From contig CAYOWP010000003.1 of the NCBI GenBank assembly GCA_964407715.1, positions 28,316 through 92,315 of the forward strand: a stretch of 64,000 nucleotides of DNA, read 5' to 3'. Shown here piece after piece: positions 40,189 through 50,319 of this stretch (position 1 is its first letter; every line of letters starts with the position of its first letter). The DNA comes from an uncultured archaeon (GTDB taxonomy: Archaea; EX4484-52; JAADEF01). The position numbers and the translations under genes were made by a program. Below the pieces are notes generated by a model that saw only the letters and a list, made by a program, of their open reading frames with translations, was not told the DNA's origin and did not search any database.

Positions 40189-40890
40189 TGGTTAACGGGA
40201 AAAATAACCTCTCTCTTTGGGTATTGAAGCGCCTAATCCTTTTGAAAGAGGAACTATGCTGCAAACCAAAGTGTAGAGTGATATCCTCCCGTTAACCATT
40301 TTTTATTTGGAAGATGGTTAAGGGAGACATTCCTTATCAATAGCACATTAAAGCAGCTAACCTTTCTAACCGGTTAGGAAGCAGCTAAACCTTTTTAAGT
40401 GGTTAGCATGCTGCAAGACCTTCTGGAAAAGCGATTTCCTCCCGTTAACCAAAATTTTTATTTTTTGAATTGGTTAACTGGAAGCATACCCAATGAACAA
40501 GCCATAGCAAAGCAGCTAACCTTTTTAAGCGGTTTAGAAGCAGCTAAACCTTTTTGGAAAGGATGCCATGCTGCAATATCCTTTGTGTTAGCGATTTCCT
40601 CGCGTTAACCAGATTTTTATTCAAAATAATTGGTTAACGGGCAGCATACCTTGTCAAGAAAGCACATTACAGCAGCTAACATTTTTAAGCGTTTTGGAAG
40701 CAGCTGACTATCTCATGGGAAGTTAACATGCTCAAAGATCCACTGTAATGGTTATCTCTTCTGTTAACCTTTTCTTTGAAATAAAATAAAGATCTGTTTA
40801 AGTGGAATAATAACAAATGAATGAGCCATCCTATAGCAGTTAATCTTTCTGAGCAGATAGGAAATAGCTATCCTTGTTAATAAGTTGCCA
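40189..40890 (+). repeat. Tandem array of hairpin modules (4 plus 1 degenerate)
   Basis: Units near 40190, 40316, 40472, 40632 and 40796. Confidence 0.92.
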
Positions 40891-40914
40891 AATTTATCAA
40901 TACCTCAATTGCAT

Positions 40915-41221
40915 GGCATTGTCCAATAATTCTTTATTGTTAAGCGGAAACATAACCTCTCACAGAAGCACATGAGAGCAGTTAACCCTTCATAGCGATT
41001 ATGAAGCAAGTAACCTTTCAACAATGTTAACCTGCCCCAAAACCCTTTGAATAGAGCTACGCTTCCCGTTAACAAATTGTCCAATAATTTTCTGATGAGG
41101 ATTTGTTAACGAGAAAATTCATTCTTACGATTGCATTAGCTCTATAATGTTCGCTACTTTAATGCACTTCTTTAAGAGGTTACTTTTCCGCTTAACAAAT
41201 AGAGAATCATTGAACAATACC
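40915..41221 (+). mobile_element. MITE-like element copy M5 (longest, two-module form)
   Basis: Left TIR intact, right TIR GAATCATTGAACAATACC; 17-bp direct repeat CAATACCTCAATTGCAT at 40898 and 41215. Confidence 0.85.
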
Positions 41222-41276
41222 TCAATTGCATTAAACCTCAAAAATATAAATTAGCGAAGAGATAATAAAAATATTT

Positions 41277-41783
41277 ATGGAACTTCCATCATCTTTTTTG
41301 CTGGGTGCTATAATTACCATTTTGCTTATATTGGCATCATTTATCGTTGGTTATCACATCATCAATGAGATAGGTTCTTTTTATGGATATAAAAAAGGAG
41401 TGGATTTGTATCAGGAAATTTCAAAACTTGTAAATTACATGTACTATCAAACGGAGGGGTCTTCAAAGATCGTTACTATACCTCTAACTCCAAATGATGA
41501 AATTCTATGTTTAATAAACTATGAGGATGTGGAGTCGTACGCGGAATCTGCTAATTATCTGCGAGATTATGATAGAAAGTATTTAAAGGAAATAATACCA
41601 GAAGAAAATTTAAAAAGAGATATTCCGATAAATATGTATTATCACAGGCGAAATCATCAGCCACAGGTATATAGCATAAAATATCTACGACCAGAGCATA
41701 CCTTCTGTCTCAATAAAACCTCAGAATTATATTTTGAGAATAAAGGATATTATATTACTGTAATGCCTGTAATAGAGAAATAA
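41277..41783 (+). CDS. Hypothetical protein with an N-terminal TM (possible minor pilin-like)
   Basis: Hydrophobic N-terminus, helix, then GSSKIV. Confidence 0.55.
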   Translation: MELPSSFLLGAIITILLILASFIVGYHIINEIGSFYGYKKGVDLYQEISKLVNYMYYQTEGSSKIVTIPLTPNDEILCLINYEDVESYAESANYLRDYDRKYLKEIIPEENLKRDIPINMYYHRRNHQPQVYSIKYLRPEHTFCLNKTSELYFENKGYYITVMPVIEK

Positions 41784-41796
41784 ATTATTGATTAAA

Positions 41797-43188
41797 TTAA
41801 GAAGAGGCAAAATACCTCTTACCTTTATTATCTTTGCCTTCTAAGGTTGCATTATCCAATTTTAAGTCGCCTATGACAGATATCTTCGGTATTATCTCAT
41901 ATCTAAAAATCCTCACTTCTCCTGGTTTTAATGTACCTATTCTCCATTCAATTATATATCCAGTCTTTGTTTTATGTATCTTAGAAGGTTTTGGAAGTAT
42001 GGAAGATTCATCTATATTAAAGATTCCTTTAATATGATCTCTTAATATCACCTCTTTTAGCTCCTTCATTTTATGATTTGTTATCTTTAAAATGATGTTA
42101 TATCTATGTCCTTTGATATAGAACTCTTTTATAATCTTTGGTGATGTAAAGGAAACAAATAGCAATACAAGTAAAGTGAGAAGAATAAGTAGGATCACAT
42201 ATAATATCCAATAATTAATCTGAATTCCAAAGGTACATTCCTCATTTACATCAAGATCACAAAGAATAACATAGCGGCCATTCTTCTTTATAGGACTCAT
42301 ACCCTTAAAATTATATATCCATATAAATCCTCGTGTTCCAACATCATAGGTATATGTAACAGGAGTATTTCCCTTATTGATTACTTTCATTTCGATATAT
42401 TTATAGAATGCATTTTCTTTAACATTAGAGTATTCCTTTACATTAAAAGTCCTTTTAACTTTAAAAGTATGTCTATTTTCATTTATCTTTTTTCCTCTAT
42501 CATCATATATCTCTACAATTATCTCATAGTTTCCTGGTTTTCTTTGTGGATCCACATGAATATCAGCAACAATAATATCTGATTCACCAACATTTAATGA
42601 AATTGGCTCATATTTTCTATAAAATCCAATTTTAGGCACTTTTATTATTACTGAATATTTTTCAGCATCTAGTTCACCAATATTTGATATGTGAACATAT
42701 ATTGTTTGGGTTTTATTTGCTTCTATTTCCGGAAACTTTACTCCAATCTTAGTAATATCTAAAAGAGGTCTATCGAGAATATAAAGAGATTTTTTAATTG
42801 TTGCTAATACTTCTTTTGTTATGGAATTTTTTACATATACATAGAAATAATATCTCCCTCCTTTAACTAAAGAAGGAATAGTTATCTCCATATCCGTCTT
42901 AGCTGTAGAATAAGGAGATATATGAATAGGATTTTTATTCCACGTAAACCATCCTTCTCTTCCTAATGCATAAATATCTATGTACACATCTATAGATGCT
43001 GAGTTATTATTCAATATAGATATATTTCCTTTAATTATATCCCCTGGATAAATCACATCTCTATCCAAGTTAACTTCTAATATTAAATTTTCTGTTGATG
43101 TGGATTGTGCAAATACAGATGGAAAGATAATAAAACACATAATTAAGAAGATATTAATATATTTCCGGATATTTATATCACAAACCAT
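41797..43188 (-). CDS. Surface protein with Ig-like/CARDB domains, a TM and a C-terminal DUF11-like domain
   Basis: Signal peptide, I.N.G motifs, PGNYEI, TM, W.IG.LKPGE. Confidence 0.75.
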   Translation of the reverse strand: MVCDINIRKYINIFLIMCFIIFPSVFAQSTSTENLILEVNLDRDVIYPGDIIKGNISILNNNSASIDVYIDIYALGREGWFTWNKNPIHISPYSTAKTDMEITIPSLVKGGRYYFYVYVKNSITKEVLATIKKSLYILDRPLLDITKIGVKFPEIEANKTQTIYVHISNIGELDAEKYSVIIKVPKIGFYRKYEPISLNVGESDIIVADIHVDPQRKPGNYEIIVEIYDDRGKKINENRHTFKVKRTFNVKEYSNVKENAFYKYIEMKVINKGNTPVTYTYDVGTRGFIWIYNFKGMSPIKKNGRYVILCDLDVNEECTFGIQINYWILYVILLILLTLLVLLFVSFTSPKIIKEFYIKGHRYNIILKITNHKMKELKEVILRDHIKGIFNIDESSILPKPSKIHKTKTGYIIEWRIGTLKPGEVRIFRYEIIPKISVIGDLKLDNATLEGKDNKGKRYFASS

Positions 43189-43294
43189 ACATTATTCTAA
43201 AAATTATAAATATTTAAAATATTTCGTTTATAACTTCTAAATGATAATACGCCAGAGAATAAAAAAGTTATCTTATCAAAAAAGCAACTCATGA

Positions 43295-43525
43295 CATGTT
43301 GCCCAATAATATATTTTGAAAATTTTGTTAACGGGAAACAATGCTATTCAAAAGATTTTAGAGTATGCTATCTTTTTCAATGGTTACCTGCCGTACAGTA
43401 TGTTTTTAATATGCCTATGTCTCCCCTTAACCATTTTTATCCTTTTTAATTTGGTTAATGAGAAACTTTCGCTTTCACTAAGGTAGTGCGGCATAGTAAC
43501 CTGGTTAAAAATATTGGACATCACT
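43295..43525 (-). repeat. Degenerate TIR-like-bounded element holding two reverse-oriented array modules
   Basis: TTGCCCAATAAT ... ATATTGGACA ends; internal GTTAACGGGAAA...CCCCTTAACC-linker-GGTTAA. Confidence 0.65.
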
Positions 43526-43579
43526 ATATCAAAAATTTAAATTAAAAAATATTTAAATGCGTGTAAAATAAAAAATTTT

Positions 43580-45565
43580 ATGGTTCTTACATATAAAGAA
43601 ATAGTAGATAAATTAGACATAATAGAGAGGATATCATCTAAAATGGAAAAAACCCAAATATTAATAGAAATGCTCAAAAAAGCTGAAGAAGAAGAGATGG
43701 AATATCTAATTCTTTTCGTGCTTGGGAGAGTATTTCCAGAGCATATCACAAAAGAAATAGGCATAAGTCAAAACTTATTAATGAGGGGAATATCAAAAGC
43801 ATATGGATATGACATAAAAGAAATTGAGAATCTATGGAAAATAAAAGGAGATATAGGTAAAGTAGCAGAAGAAATCTCGCATAAGAGGAAGCAAACATCT
43901 TTATTGATATCAGGAATAACTTTAAAAGAGATAATAGAAACATTAAGAACAATAAGTAATCTTGAGGGAGAGGGGAGCATTGATAAGAAGATCAGCTTGG
44001 TTTCAGGATTGTTTATGAAAGTAAAAGGAAATGAAGCAAAATACATTGCACGATATATTTTAGGTGATATGAGGATTGGTGTAGCAGAAGGTATTGTAAG
44101 AGATGCCATAATAGGAGCATATTTCTCACAATTTTATTGGCTCTCACTATTCACAACCCAAAATGTTGGCGTAACAGATGAGTTCATACTTAAATACTGG
44201 AAAAATAAAAAATTTCTGATTTCTAAAGAAGCAGAAAAAGGAGGAAATATAATAGCATTAATAAAGAAAATTGCTAAAGAAGTAGTAACTCTATCTGAGA
44301 ATGAAATTAAAAATATTTCTTCATTTCACTGGTCCAAAATGGATATTGATGTAGTGATAGTAGCATCATCTGAGCTCGGGAACATATTAAGAGAAAAATA
44401 CACGAAATTATTAGATGAAAGTTATGCTTTGATTAATGATTATCCTGAAGTAGCAAAGATAGCATATAAGGAAGGAGAAGAAGGTCTAAAGAAAATAATA
44501 CCAATTATATTTAGACCCTTAAGAGTGATGCTTGCGCAGAGAGCTCATAACATAGAGGAAGCTTTTCAGATAGTTGGCAGACCTGCTGCTTTTGAATATA
44601 AGTTTGATGGATTTAGGGTACAAATACATAAAAAGGGCAAAAAAATAGAGATTTACACAAGAAGATTAGAAAATGTGACAAAGCAATTCCCAGATATCAT
44701 AAAATATGTGCAGGAGAACATCAAAGCAGAAGAATGTATAATAGAAGGAGAAGCAATAGGATATGATCCAATGACAGAAAAATGGCTTCCTTTTCAAAAG
44801 GTATCCCAGAGAATACGCAGAAAATATAATGTTGAGGAAATGGCAAAAAAGATACCTGTTATGGTTCATCTTTTTGATATAGTATATCTAAATGGAAATA
44901 AACTTATATATCACTCATTTAAAGAAAGAAGGGAAATGCTAAGGAGCATTGTAAATGAGGTTCCAAAGCAGATAATGCTTGCAAAACAAATAATTACTGA
45001 TAAAGTTGAGGAAGCCCAAAGGTTTTATGATGAAGCACTCAAGAAAGGTAATGAGGGAATCATGGCAAAGAATCTAAATGCCCCCTATGAGCCAGGATTA
45101 AGAGTAGGAAATATGATAAAGATAAAACCTACATTGGAAACACTTGATTTAGTGATTGTAGGAGCAGAATGGGGAGAGGGCAAAAGAACAGGATATCTCA
45201 GCTCATTTGAATTGGCTTGCATTGATGAAGATACAGGAGAATTTCTAACTATCGGAAAGTTAGGTACAGGAATAAAAGAGAAAGCAGAAGGAGGAGGAGT
45301 TAGTTTTGAAGATTTAACAGAGCTTCTCAAACCACACATTGAAAAAGAGGAGGGAAGAATTGTAAAAATAAAACCATCTGTTGTTGTGGAAGTTGCATAT
45401 GAAGAAATTCAAAAATCACCTCACTATACATCAGGATATGCATTAAGATTTCCACGACTAGTAAGCATAAGAGATGATAAGTCACCACATGAAGTAGATA
45501 CAATTGAAAGAGTTGAAAAAATATATGAGATACAAAGAGGAAGAGGATCCAATAAAGTTGCTTGA
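43580..45565 (+). CDS. lig: ATP-dependent DNA ligase with an ~80-aa insertion
   Basis: EYKFDG, EGE, FDI, EGIMAK, K.K, LRFPR. Confidence 0.97.
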   Translation: MVLTYKEIVDKLDIIERISSKMEKTQILIEMLKKAEEEEMEYLILFVLGRVFPEHITKEIGISQNLLMRGISKAYGYDIKEIENLWKIKGDIGKVAEEISHKRKQTSLLISGITLKEIIETLRTISNLEGEGSIDKKISLVSGLFMKVKGNEAKYIARYILGDMRIGVAEGIVRDAIIGAYFSQFYWLSLFTTQNVGVTDEFILKYWKNKKFLISKEAEKGGNIIALIKKIAKEVVTLSENEIKNISSFHWSKMDIDVVIVASSELGNILREKYTKLLDESYALINDYPEVAKIAYKEGEEGLKKIIPIIFRPLRVMLAQRAHNIEEAFQIVGRPAAFEYKFDGFRVQIHKKGKKIEIYTRRLENVTKQFPDIIKYVQENIKAEECIIEGEAIGYDPMTEKWLPFQKVSQRIRRKYNVEEMAKKIPVMVHLFDIVYLNGNKLIYHSFKERREMLRSIVNEVPKQIMLAKQIITDKVEEAQRFYDEALKKGNEGIMAKNLNAPYEPGLRVGNMIKIKPTLETLDLVIVGAEWGEGKRTGYLSSFELACIDEDTGEFLTIGKLGTGIKEKAEGGGVSFEDLTELLKPHIEKEEGRIVKIKPSVVVEVAYEEIQKSPHYTSGYALRFPRLVSIRDDKSPHEVDTIERVEKIYEIQRGRGSNKVA

Positions 45566-45627
45566 AGTTGTTCTCGGAAAATATCGTTAAATAATGTTTT
45601 TAAACCTATCTATTCACATTTTATATT

Positions 45628-46752
45628 ATGCGTGTAGGTATGGCTGAGCTGAGGTTATGTGATGGATATGTACCTCACTATAAAGAAATGGTTATGATTG
45701 CAAAACCTCTTATTAAATTGATGATTGATGATATTGGCATAAAAGAAACAATAAAGCGATTCTCTGATCCTTTTTGGTTTCAATCTCTCGCATGCGCTTT
45801 GGGATTTGAGCATAATTACACGGGAGCCACCACAGTTACTTTAAAAGCAATAAAAGAAGCATTCAAAGATGAGAATGATATCTTTATCTTGGGTGGAAAA
45901 GGTAAAAATGCACTTCAAGTTCCTTATGAGTTATCAGAATTAGAGAAAAAAGGGATGCTAAATTCAAGGATGAGAGATATCTTAGAGAGAATCTCTAAGG
46001 AAACAGCAAAAGCAGACAATTCTCTTTTACAAGACTCTTATGATCTCTATTTTCACACTGTTATTACAGATGGAAAAAAGAATTACGCTATAATAAATCA
46101 AGGAATGAACGACAAAGAGATGTTGGTTAGACGATATCATTGGCTTAATCCTTTAAGTTTTGAAGATAAAAATTTCAGAAGTATAATAAATAACATATCA
46201 TTGGATTTGCAGTCAAAAGAGAGCAAAGATATAAAAAATGCTATTGTTGACATAGTTAAAGATGAATCACCAGAGAAAATTGTTAAAAAAGCACTTTTGC
46301 TCTCTAAACATTATGAGCTTTATAAAAAGGGCTTGAAGCCCTTATATATAAGCAAGGAAGAACAAGAATTTTTCAAAAAGATAAGTGTTGTACCTTATTA
46401 TTTAAATTTTCCAAGAAAGATGAATTATGAAGCCATAAAAATTGCGCATGAATGTGCACGCGAGTTTAAGGATGTAGCCATGATGGAAAACATAGGTAAA
46501 TCAACATTAAGAGGATTAGCATATCTATCAGCATTAGTATATGGAAAGGAAATCTCCTGGGAAAAACCACAAAGATATTGTTATGCTTTTGGAACTAAAG
46601 CCGGAAAGCCATGGTATGTTGAAAGAGAAGCAATGAAAAAAGCTGGAAAATATCTTATGGAACTTATAAACGCTTCAGAAATAAAAAGAGAACAAAAGAA
46701 AGAAATCTTTAAAAGATTAGCAAAAATAACACAAAAACATTTCAAGTTCTAA
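45628..46752 (+). CDS. DUF763 family protein
   Basis: G.AEL.L..G.VP, RFSDPFWFQSL, GGKG, AKAD...QD.Y.LY.H, QGMN, RRYHW. Confidence 0.85.
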   Translation: MRVGMAELRLCDGYVPHYKEMVMIAKPLIKLMIDDIGIKETIKRFSDPFWFQSLACALGFEHNYTGATTVTLKAIKEAFKDENDIFILGGKGKNALQVPYELSELEKKGMLNSRMRDILERISKETAKADNSLLQDSYDLYFHTVITDGKKNYAIINQGMNDKEMLVRRYHWLNPLSFEDKNFRSIINNISLDLQSKESKDIKNAIVDIVKDESPEKIVKKALLLSKHYELYKKGLKPLYISKEEQEFFKKISVVPYYLNFPRKMNYEAIKIAHECAREFKDVAMMENIGKSTLRGLAYLSALVYGKEISWEKPQRYCYAFGTKAGKPWYVEREAMKKAGKYLMELINASEIKREQKKEIFKRLAKITQKHFKF

Positions 46753-47969
46753 TGAAGATATTCTATCATTACCTCTAACCAATCTTTCACTAATCTGGTA
46801 ATCATAAAATGCTCTCTTGCTTTTTTGTTTGCTTCTATTCCCATTTTATTTCTCAATTCCTCATCTTTTAATAGCAAATCGCTTCTCTCAGCAAAACCTT
46901 TATAATCATATGGGTCTAATAAGAATCCATTGATCCCATCATCAATTTGTAATTTTATGCCTCCAACTTTACTTGCAATAACGCTCTTATATTTGTACAT
47001 GGCCTCACTTACAACTAGCCCAAAACCTTCTTTTATGGACTTTTGAATGATTATATCGCTTCTTCTTTGAACAGCATTTACTAAAAGCTCATCATTAACG
47101 GATAACGCAAAAATACTTCTTTTGTATTTGCTCTTGTTAATTCTCTCTAACACCTCTTTATACACCTGTGATCCTTCAGGATCATCTGTCGCCTCATTTC
47201 CCAAAATAATAAGTTGTAAATCTTTATGTTTTTCTTTTACCATCTCAAATATATCTATCACTCCTACAGGATCCTTCCATCTGTCATATCGCGAAACCTG
47301 TGCCATTATAGGTTTTGATATATTAATCCCAAATTTTGTAAGAATTTCCTCACATTTCTCTTTACTTATAAAAGTATTTTTTGGTTTAAGTGGATCAATA
47401 GCAGGCATTATTACCTTAGTTTTCTTGTTATTGAGATCATGATTTGAATATTCCTTTGAGGAAACAATAATGCCATCATAATTCCTGATTATCTTAAGCA
47501 TTTTATTCCAAATTTTTTTGTTTGGTGAGGAAAGGTCTATATGCAATCTTGAAATCCATGGTACAGAATGTTTATGATACAAAATTAAAGGTAATGGTTG
47601 TGGATCATGAACCACAATTAAATCGTATTCCTCTTCATTTATAGATTTTGCAAATATTTCATTCATAGTGAAGTAATAGTTCCACTCTTCATCAGTTATT
47701 GTAATATCTCCACCATGTAATGCATTATGTATCTTTTTTGTAATAGTAAAAAATGTTTCATTTCCTGGGATCACTGCCCATTGTACCTTAACATTTAAAT
47801 CATTAAAAAGCGGAAGATAAGAGCTTATGAGCTCTGCTACTCCTCCTCCTATACGCGTAGAATTTATCATCAATATCTTTTTACCTTCAATAAGTTTTGC
47901 CAATTCTTTTAATTCCTCGATCTTTTCTTTCCCTACAATGTTCCCATATTCCTCTATGTTAATAATCAT
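46749..47969 (-). CDS. treT: Trehalose glycosyltransferring synthase (GT4)
   Basis: INST..GGGVAE, HDPQP, R.HID, QVSRYDRWKDP, QKS.KEGFGLVVSEA. Confidence 0.9.
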   Translation of the reverse strand: MIINIEEYGNIVGKEKIEELKELAKLIEGKKILMINSTRIGGGVAELISSYLPLFNDLNVKVQWAVIPGNETFFTITKKIHNALHGGDITITDEEWNYYFTMNEIFAKSINEEEYDLIVVHDPQPLPLILYHKHSVPWISRLHIDLSSPNKKIWNKMLKIIRNYDGIIVSSKEYSNHDLNNKKTKVIMPAIDPLKPKNTFISKEKCEEILTKFGINISKPIMAQVSRYDRWKDPVGVIDIFEMVKEKHKDLQLIILGNEATDDPEGSQVYKEVLERINKSKYKRSIFALSVNDELLVNAVQRRSDIIIQKSIKEGFGLVVSEAMYKYKSVIASKVGGIKLQIDDGINGFLLDPYDYKGFAERSDLLLKDEELRNKMGIEANKKAREHFMITRLVKDWLEVMIEYLH

Positions 47970-48060
47970 TCTTATCTCCCTAATTAATTATTTAGGTACT
48001 GATAAAATATATCTTAATATTTAAAAGAATAAATAATTTTAGGTTAAATTTATATGTTTG

Positions 48061-48318
48061 GGCTTTGTCCAATAATTCTTTATTGTTAAGCGGACACATA
48101 ACCTCTCACAGAAGCGCATGAGAGCGGTTAACCCTTTGAATAGGGCTATGCTTCCCGTTAACAAATTGTCCAATAATTTTTGATGAGGATTTGTTAACGA
48201 GAAAATTCGTTCTTACGATTGCATTAGCTCTACAAGGTTTGCTGCTCTAATGGGCTTCTTTAAAAGATTACTTTTCCGCTTAACAAAATTTGTTAATAAA
48301 GAATTATTGGACAATGCC
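48061..48318 (+). mobile_element. MITE-like element copy M6 (no TSD evident)
   Basis: TIRs GGCTTTGTCCAATAATTC / GAATTATTGGACAATGCC. Confidence 0.85.
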
Positions 48319-48333
48319 TAAGGCTTATGTTAT

Positions 48334-49167
48334 ATGATAAAATATTTTAAAAGTGAAAAATACATCTTTATTATGTTGAGAGAGAATTCGTGGAAGTATA
48401 AGAAGAAATTCAAAGATTTTGAGATCACATCTTATGGAGCTCTCTTTTTTAAAGAAAAAAGAAAAAAATATTTAGTTGTTGGGGATCTCCATTTAGGTCT
48501 TGAGGAGGCATTGCGGTTGAGCGGAATTGCAATACCAAAAAAACAAATTTTAAACATCAAAAAAGCCATTTCATCTTTAGCAAAGTTGTATGGTTATGAT
48601 ATCACCATAATCTTTAATGGTGATATAAAACATGAATTTGGTGGATTAACCTATGAAGAGAAAAAGGATATAGAGAGCTTAATCTCCTATATCCTCGAAA
48701 GATTTGAGGATCTCATTGCAATAAAAGGAAATCATGATAATTTTGTCATCCAATTGCTAAAAAGAAAAGGAATAGAGCTAATTGATTATTTTGAAACAAA
48801 AAAGTTTCACATTGAGCATGGACATAAAGAAATGGATCTCAAAAATATTAACAAGCATATTGTTATATCACATGAGCATCCTGCAATAACATTGAGAGAT
48901 GATGTCGGTGCATCCATGAAAATAGATTGTTATCTTATCCATAAAGATATTCATGATAGATATATAGTTGTCTTACCCTCATTTAGCGCATATTCTTCAG
49001 GATTAGATATATTAAGAATCTCAAATAGCGACATTGACACAAACATAATCAGAGAAATAGGTTTAGAGAAATTTGAGATTTATGGCATAAATAAATATGA
49101 CAACGAAATTCTATATTTTGGTAAAGTTAAGGAATTAAAAAATATCATAAATGAGATTATAAGATAG
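48334..49167 (+). CDS. Calcineurin-like metallophosphoesterase (start probably near 48373)
   Basis: GDLHLG.E, NGDIKH, KGNHD, HGH, SHEHP, LPSF. Confidence 0.9.
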   Translation: MIKYFKSEKYIFIMLRENSWKYKKKFKDFEITSYGALFFKEKRKKYLVVGDLHLGLEEALRLSGIAIPKKQILNIKKAISSLAKLYGYDITIIFNGDIKHEFGGLTYEEKKDIESLISYILERFEDLIAIKGNHDNFVIQLLKRKGIELIDYFETKKFHIEHGHKEMDLKNINKHIVISHEHPAITLRDDVGASMKIDCYLIHKDIHDRYIVVLPSFSAYSSGLDILRISNSDIDTNIIREIGLEKFEIYGINKYDNEILYFGKVKELKNIINEIIR

Positions 49168-50284
49168 ATTTAAGCACCTCTACCAACTCGCTATGAGGTA
49201 TATTCGTCACTATAGCATTTCCTTTAATATGTGACTTTGCAATAGCATATCCCTTAGATTCTATCTTCTCCTTAATCCTCTTTATGGATGGCAATGGAAT
49301 CTTATATGCCTTACCTATTGAGGGTAAATCATAATAAAAACCATCCTTGATTGAGTATTCTTCTTTTAATCTTTCTAATATCTTAATAGTTTCCTGTGAA
49401 TATATCCTGCTATGCTGCTTCGCCTTTTCTATCATCTTCTCAATAAACTTACTCTCCCCAAGATTCTCTGCCCATATTAATCCAACACTTCTATATTTTT
49501 CCTCATGCCTATTATATGAATAAAACTTCTCTTGCTTCTCATTAAAATGTAAAAACTTGAGTTTTTTTATGTTGTCTTCTGCAGATGATTTATGTTTATC
49601 TATCTTAACAATCACCCTCACATAATGCTTATGAGATATACTCACTAATGGAATAATTCCCTTATCAAATTTAGCAAAACTTTCTGCTATACTTTTTAAT
49701 GCAACCCTTAGAGCAATCTCCCCCTTAGGAGTATATTTTTTATCATGCCAAACACCATACCTCCTTAAAGCAGTGCGGGGATAAGTACCTGAGAGAACTG
49801 CCGTATCAGTAAATGTAACCATTGCTAACCCTTTATTTGATACACATCTACCCAACGCCTCTAAATAGTATGCAGGAGAACCAAAAGGATCAAGATCAAC
49901 AACATCTCCTTCAAACCTGTAGATGTGCATAAGAGCACCAGCATCCTCATTATATATCTTTATTTTTACTCTTTTTTGGAGATGATTGAGATCAACATTC
50001 TCTTTTAATATCTCTATGGAATCTGGATTAAGGTCATTAAAAACAACTTCCCTCACCTTTGAGCATTCTATAGCATATCTAATTCCCCTAATACCGCTTG
50101 ATGCCATCACATCAAGAACCATTACATCTCTTCCAGTTTCCTCAGTAAATACCTGCACTGCAAGAGAACTTATATCGCGATTTACTCTCATTTGCGGATT
50201 ATAGAATACCTTGTCAGATTTCTTTATTTCTCCAGGAAAAATGTATATCTCTGCTGAGCCTTCTCTCACCTTTGTTTTTACCAT
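49157..50284 (-). CDS. trm1: tRNA (guanine26-N2)-dimethyltransferase
   Basis: VFYNP.M..NRD, SGIRGIRY, DLDPFGSP, T.TD. Confidence 0.95.
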   Translation of the reverse strand: MVKTKVREGSAEIYIFPGEIKKSDKVFYNPQMRVNRDISSLAVQVFTEETGRDVMVLDVMASSGIRGIRYAIECSKVREVVFNDLNPDSIEILKENVDLNHLQKRVKIKIYNEDAGALMHIYRFEGDVVDLDPFGSPAYYLEALGRCVSNKGLAMVTFTDTAVLSGTYPRTALRRYGVWHDKKYTPKGEIALRVALKSIAESFAKFDKGIIPLVSISHKHYVRVIVKIDKHKSSAEDNIKKLKFLHFNEKQEKFYSYNRHEEKYRSVGLIWAENLGESKFIEKMIEKAKQHSRIYSQETIKILERLKEEYSIKDGFYYDLPSIGKAYKIPLPSIKRIKEKIESKGYAIAKSHIKGNAIVTNIPHSELVEVLKSIL

Positions 50285-50319
50285 AATTAGTGATATAAAA
50301 AAGGAATTTTTAAATCATT

